Of a stretch of DNA of 64,000 nucleotides, positions 60,478-64,000 are shown piece after piece; the stretch's first letter is position 1; every line of letters begins with the position of its first letter. Location: the NCBI GenBank assembly GCA_965644295.1, contig CBFFRP010000026.1, positions 1-64,000 on the forward strand, given 5' to 3'. A program made the position numbers and the translations under genes. Origin of the DNA: Paraphysomonas bandaiensis (lineage: Eukaryota > Protista > Chrysophyceae). The notes under the pieces were generated by a model. It made no database searches and was not told the DNA's origin. It saw only the letters and a list, made by a program, of their open reading frames with translations.

Positions 60478-62796
60478 CTACCAACGATTTAATTTTCCTA
60501 ATCTGTTAGCCAAAGTATTGATATTAAGATCATTAGGCCGCGCTGGCTTTCTATCGTATATTAAGTCTAACAAAATAGGGTATGTTGCATCAAACACTGA
60601 GCTACTATTCTGCATAGTAATTTCACCATCACCTCGTATGATACCTTTCTCCATTGCTAATCGAACAAGTGTTCGCATTACCTTGGAAGTTCGACTGCAG
60701 TTTGTGCTGCTACTCTTCCCCACGCAATGTTGCAGAGGTCGAACATACCGCAAGGGACCAATCTCATCGCGAGAATTGCCAAACCACCACAAACCCCACA
60801 TTGTCCATACGTTGTAGGAAGGAAACTCAAACTTCTCCTTAGCAAAGTCTGAGCGTAGTCTCATGAAAGCATCTCTAGAAGGAGCTGACAATGAAGAACC
60901 TTGGTAAACATTACCTGACTCCAAGCGCTCAATCATTTTGTTCTGTTGCTGAGACATCTGCTGAATTGACTCCGTTAGTGTTTTGATGGGACCATTATCG
61001 TTGCTTAAAGCCGCTGATATCATTTCCAATATATCCTCCTTCCGAATTTCGACGGCTCCTTCAACTCTTACTCTCTTAAGAATTTCATTCACAATTTCTG
61101 TAGGTAACTCCCTCAGTTTTTGAGAAAGAGTCTCTTCGACAACACCCAAACGCTGCAACACTGATGATTTATCTTTATCTACTTCCGCCTTGAAGTTTCT
61201 TATCTCTCTTGATATCAAGATAATACCAGGTACACCTTCAGCGCTCATTCCTGTATCAGTGCAGTACTGGTGACACAAAAGTACTTTATCCTTCAACGAG
61301 TTTAGAAGTGTAGGGTCTGTGAATATTGGCTGGCAGTGAATTGGATGTCGGGGATGGTATAGCCGTTTAATGTTTCCTTCATGATGATGATAAACAAGAC
61401 TAGCAAACAGCATTCTAATAATTCTTTGGAATCCCTCACAGTAGTAGTTATAGCTAGGTAAGATGTTGCCCCATCCATACTCATTTAACTGAATAACAGC
61501 AGCATTGCACCAATGTGGTGGAAGTACATCAAATTCGTCAGCGTTAAGTTTTAGTTGAGCTACCGTTCGCCCCACTAGCGCATCACCATCATCTTCGGAG
61601 AACATGTAGCAGTCCTGTGTTCTGCCTACACCTTGCCCTGCTCGAAGACACACTTGCGTTCTACTAGGGCCATCAATCCTCGAAACTGATGTCGACTCGG
61701 CAAATTTCCGGTTACTGTGAGTGCCGATATCTTCCCGAGCACAACCAAGATCCAACGAGGAGTCGATGTCCTTTTCCACTGCTTGAACTAATAGATTGTA
61801 GTATCTTTTCTCTTGGTCAGCCCCATCAAATACATATTCAGCATCTTCCGTACTTGTACAGTGCTTACACCACACATAAACAGCTAAGTCTAGAATAACA
61901 CAAACTTCTGGCATAAATGGATTTGCGTATAAACGTTTCATATCTGTAGTTTTGGTGCCAGTTTGGTCCACTTTAGTAGTGCCAAAAACAATAGTTAGGG
62001 CATCGTTTATCCAATCCATGTTGCATGTTAAGATGTCGTCAATATTATCGGAACGACCAATTGTATTCACTGACAACTTAGTGAATAGGGAGGCAAATAA
62101 CCCTTCATGCCAAGACTGGCTTCTGGCAGTTGGAATCTTGCTCATGAAATGGGCACAAATGGTTTTGTATCCGTATAGGTTATAGGGAAGTTTGCCGTCT
62201 CGAACTTTCATAATTCCGTTTCTTTTCTTCAGCCCTATATCCCTCTTATATGTAGCAATAGCCGCACATATAGCTCTGTCAACCTCTACTGGCCAAACAT
62301 GACCAACTTTACTCATATTCGGACTATCATATTCGTGCCACCAACGCAGAGCACTCTTATAATTTTGATACGTTTGTGCGCTTACAGTAACAACATTTTG
62401 TCCGGGATTAAGATCTCTTTCATTCATTATACTATCGCCAGTTGAAGGAGCGCTAGTAGTGCATGCATTCTCTTGATTGATCTCGAATGAACTTCGCTTC
62501 TTCTTTCGCCGACTTGATTTCGCTAGGTGCCTGTTGATTGAGATGTATGCGAACAAAAGTTTTGCGGTGTCTGCAGACATTGGAAGTTTCAGGACATATA
62601 TATGCTTGGCGTCACCCGTATGCTTTCTAACATCCCCATCAACAATTTCCAATGCTTCGTTTCGAATTGCAGGCTCCGCTTCATTCAGCAGTCCTGTCAT
62701 AACTCGCAATTTGGATAAGTAGTGGGACTGTGTTGCTTTCATGACATTTCGTTCTGCCTGACCCTGAATAACGTGTTCTAATGCGGCTCGATTCAT
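60478..62796 (-). CDS. Crypton-type (CryptonS-like) tyrosine recombinase, intronless, intact
   Basis: YKSALRW; GKLP; catalytic R (IGRSDN), K (TKVDQTG), HxxR (GTHSNRK) and Y (QDCY); YANPFMPEVC; C-terminal FPS..MWGLWWFGN..GPLR domain. Confidence 0.88.
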   Translation of the reverse strand: MNRAALEHVIQGQAERNVMKATQSHYLSKLRVMTGLLNEAEPAIRNEALEIVDGDVRKHTGDAKHIYVLKLPMSADTAKLLFAYISINRHLAKSSRRKKKRSSFEINQENACTTSAPSTGDSIMNERDLNPGQNVVTVSAQTYQNYKSALRWWHEYDSPNMSKVGHVWPVEVDRAICAAIATYKRDIGLKKRNGIMKVRDGKLPYNLYGYKTICAHFMSKIPTARSQSWHEGLFASLFTKLSVNTIGRSDNIDDILTCNMDWINDALTIVFGTTKVDQTGTKTTDMKRLYANPFMPEVCVILDLAVYVWCKHCTSTEDAEYVFDGADQEKRYYNLLVQAVEKDIDSSLDLGCAREDIGTHSNRKFAESTSVSRIDGPSRTQVCLRAGQGVGRTQDCYMFSEDDGDALVGRTVAQLKLNADEFDVLPPHWCNAAVIQLNEYGWGNILPSYNYYCEGFQRIIRMLFASLVYHHHEGNIKRLYHPRHPIHCQPIFTDPTLLNSLKDKVLLCHQYCTDTGMSAEGVPGIILISREIRNFKAEVDKDKSSVLQRLGVVEETLSQKLRELPTEIVNEILKRVRVEGAVEIRKEDILEMISAALSNDNGPIKTLTESIQQMSQQQNKMIERLESGNVYQGSSLSAPSRDAFMRLRSDFAKEKFEFPSYNVWTMWGLWWFGNSRDEIGPLRYVRPLQHCVGKSSSTNCSRTSKVMRTLVRLAMEKGIIRGDGEITMQNSSSVFDATYPILLDLIYDRKPARPNDLNINTLANRLGKLNRW

Positions 62797-63485
62797 CACT
62801 TTGTCTTGATGACCAATGTCAAAGTATATATATATCTTATGAACATCATAACAGCAAGATCATAGCTGCAAGATCGCACAAAAACAAACCGTTTGTGGCA
62901 CTTTTCGGAGTCAAAAACTGGCGATTTTTTTAGTTTAGGTTGTGTAATTCATTTTACATAGTTCTTCTAGTTTCGCTAAACCCAAAAACTCACACACACT
63001 ACAATAGAGAATAATTTTTTCTCGTGTAAATTATTTTACACAACTCCCAAAAATCCTGCCTTTAGTTTTACATAGATCGGTGGGTTTTCGTATGTACATA
63101 CTGCTGTACATACTGTACATACATACTGTACATACATACTGTACATACATACTGTACTGTACCTGGCATAGAGCGATAAAAGAATCGCGTTATATCGCGA
63201 GTGGCATCCTGCTCTGTACACAGCGCACAGCGCACAGCACAGATATACTCACATCAGCCAGGTACTGACACAACAATCACTTAAGCCGGTTATCGTGATT
63301 GTCTGAGCAGCTCAGTGATGAGATGAAGCACTCTGACATTGATGATTTCATCCTCTATCTAGCATACAGACATAGATAGACGGCTGCGATGGAAGGGACT
63401 ACACGAGAGCGATTCCCGTTCCGACTGATCCTGACTCTTCACGATCTGTCCCATGTAAGGCCCTGTCTACCCATCATATGATACC

Positions 63486-63610
63486 ATATCTCCATATGGT
63501 GCATCTATGTGTGTTATATCTCCATATGGTGCATCTCTGTGTGTTATATCTCCATACGGTACATCTCTGTGTGTTATATCTCCATATAGTGCATCTATGT
63601 GTGTTATATC
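63486..63610. repeat. 30-bp minisatellite (~4 copies)
   Basis: Unit ATATCTCCATATGGTGCATCTATGTGTGTT; follows a GTAAG donor-like site at ~63455, so possibly intronic. Confidence 0.9.
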
Positions 63611-64000
63611 ACTGTGTCGTATATTATTGCGTGGTACAGCACCATATGTTATATTGCTGGATAGTACATCACTCTATGCAATGTCACTAAATGGTATATC
63701 ACCATGTCTTCTCACTACTATATTTTTTCTGATTGATATGTGTCATTACTAAATGAGTCATCACAATACGTCATATCAGGTACCGACAGCTAGTTTTTTC
63801 TCTAGAAGTGGTGCGGTGCATGTACGTGTTGTCGCCCAGCGTACCACTCTAGCGAAGAGCTCTGCTGTACGTCGCGGAGCAGTAGGAGGGACAGGAGGGG
63901 TGAAATGGGAGGGAGGGTGTAAACTCTCTGTCTCACTGTTGCACACCTCCTTTATCCTTCACTTGGTTATATGTGACTCAGATGGAGCGCATATAGGGAG

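Overview
Eukaryotic nuclear DNA with compact genes and ~45-60 bp spliceosomal introns. The gene and transposon content suggests a stramenopile-like protist (inference). 6-6597 is a Ty3/Gypsy chromovirus-type LTR element with apparently identical 640-bp LTRs, a decayed PR/RT region and an intact integrase-chromodomain ORF. Host genes follow, mostly as head-to-head pairs: SDR/RAD54, cNMP-DUF6909-like/UBTD, apyrase-like/ankyrin, 4-aminobutyrate aminotransferase, MORN/membralin, coiled-coil gene/GH31, RecQ and an LRR protein. The tail-to-tail gaps hold a dispersed hairpin-rich repeat family, hAT remnants and a 9-bp-TSD MULE-like element. There are two large minisatellites: a 14-bp multi-variant array inside an intron and a 58x15-bp array. 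An intact Crypton-type tyrosine recombinase lies at 60.5-62.8 kb. The most interesting candidates are (i) a cyclic-nucleotide-binding domain fused to a bacterial-type DUF6909/PNP-fold nucleosidase-like protein, bracketed by identical 239-bp direct repeats; (ii) the RT-less but integrase-retaining LTR element; (iii) the Crypton-like recombinase with flanking inverted motifs; and (iv) the patterned intronic satellite. All family assignments come from motif recognition by eye, not database searches, and exon boundaries are manual.
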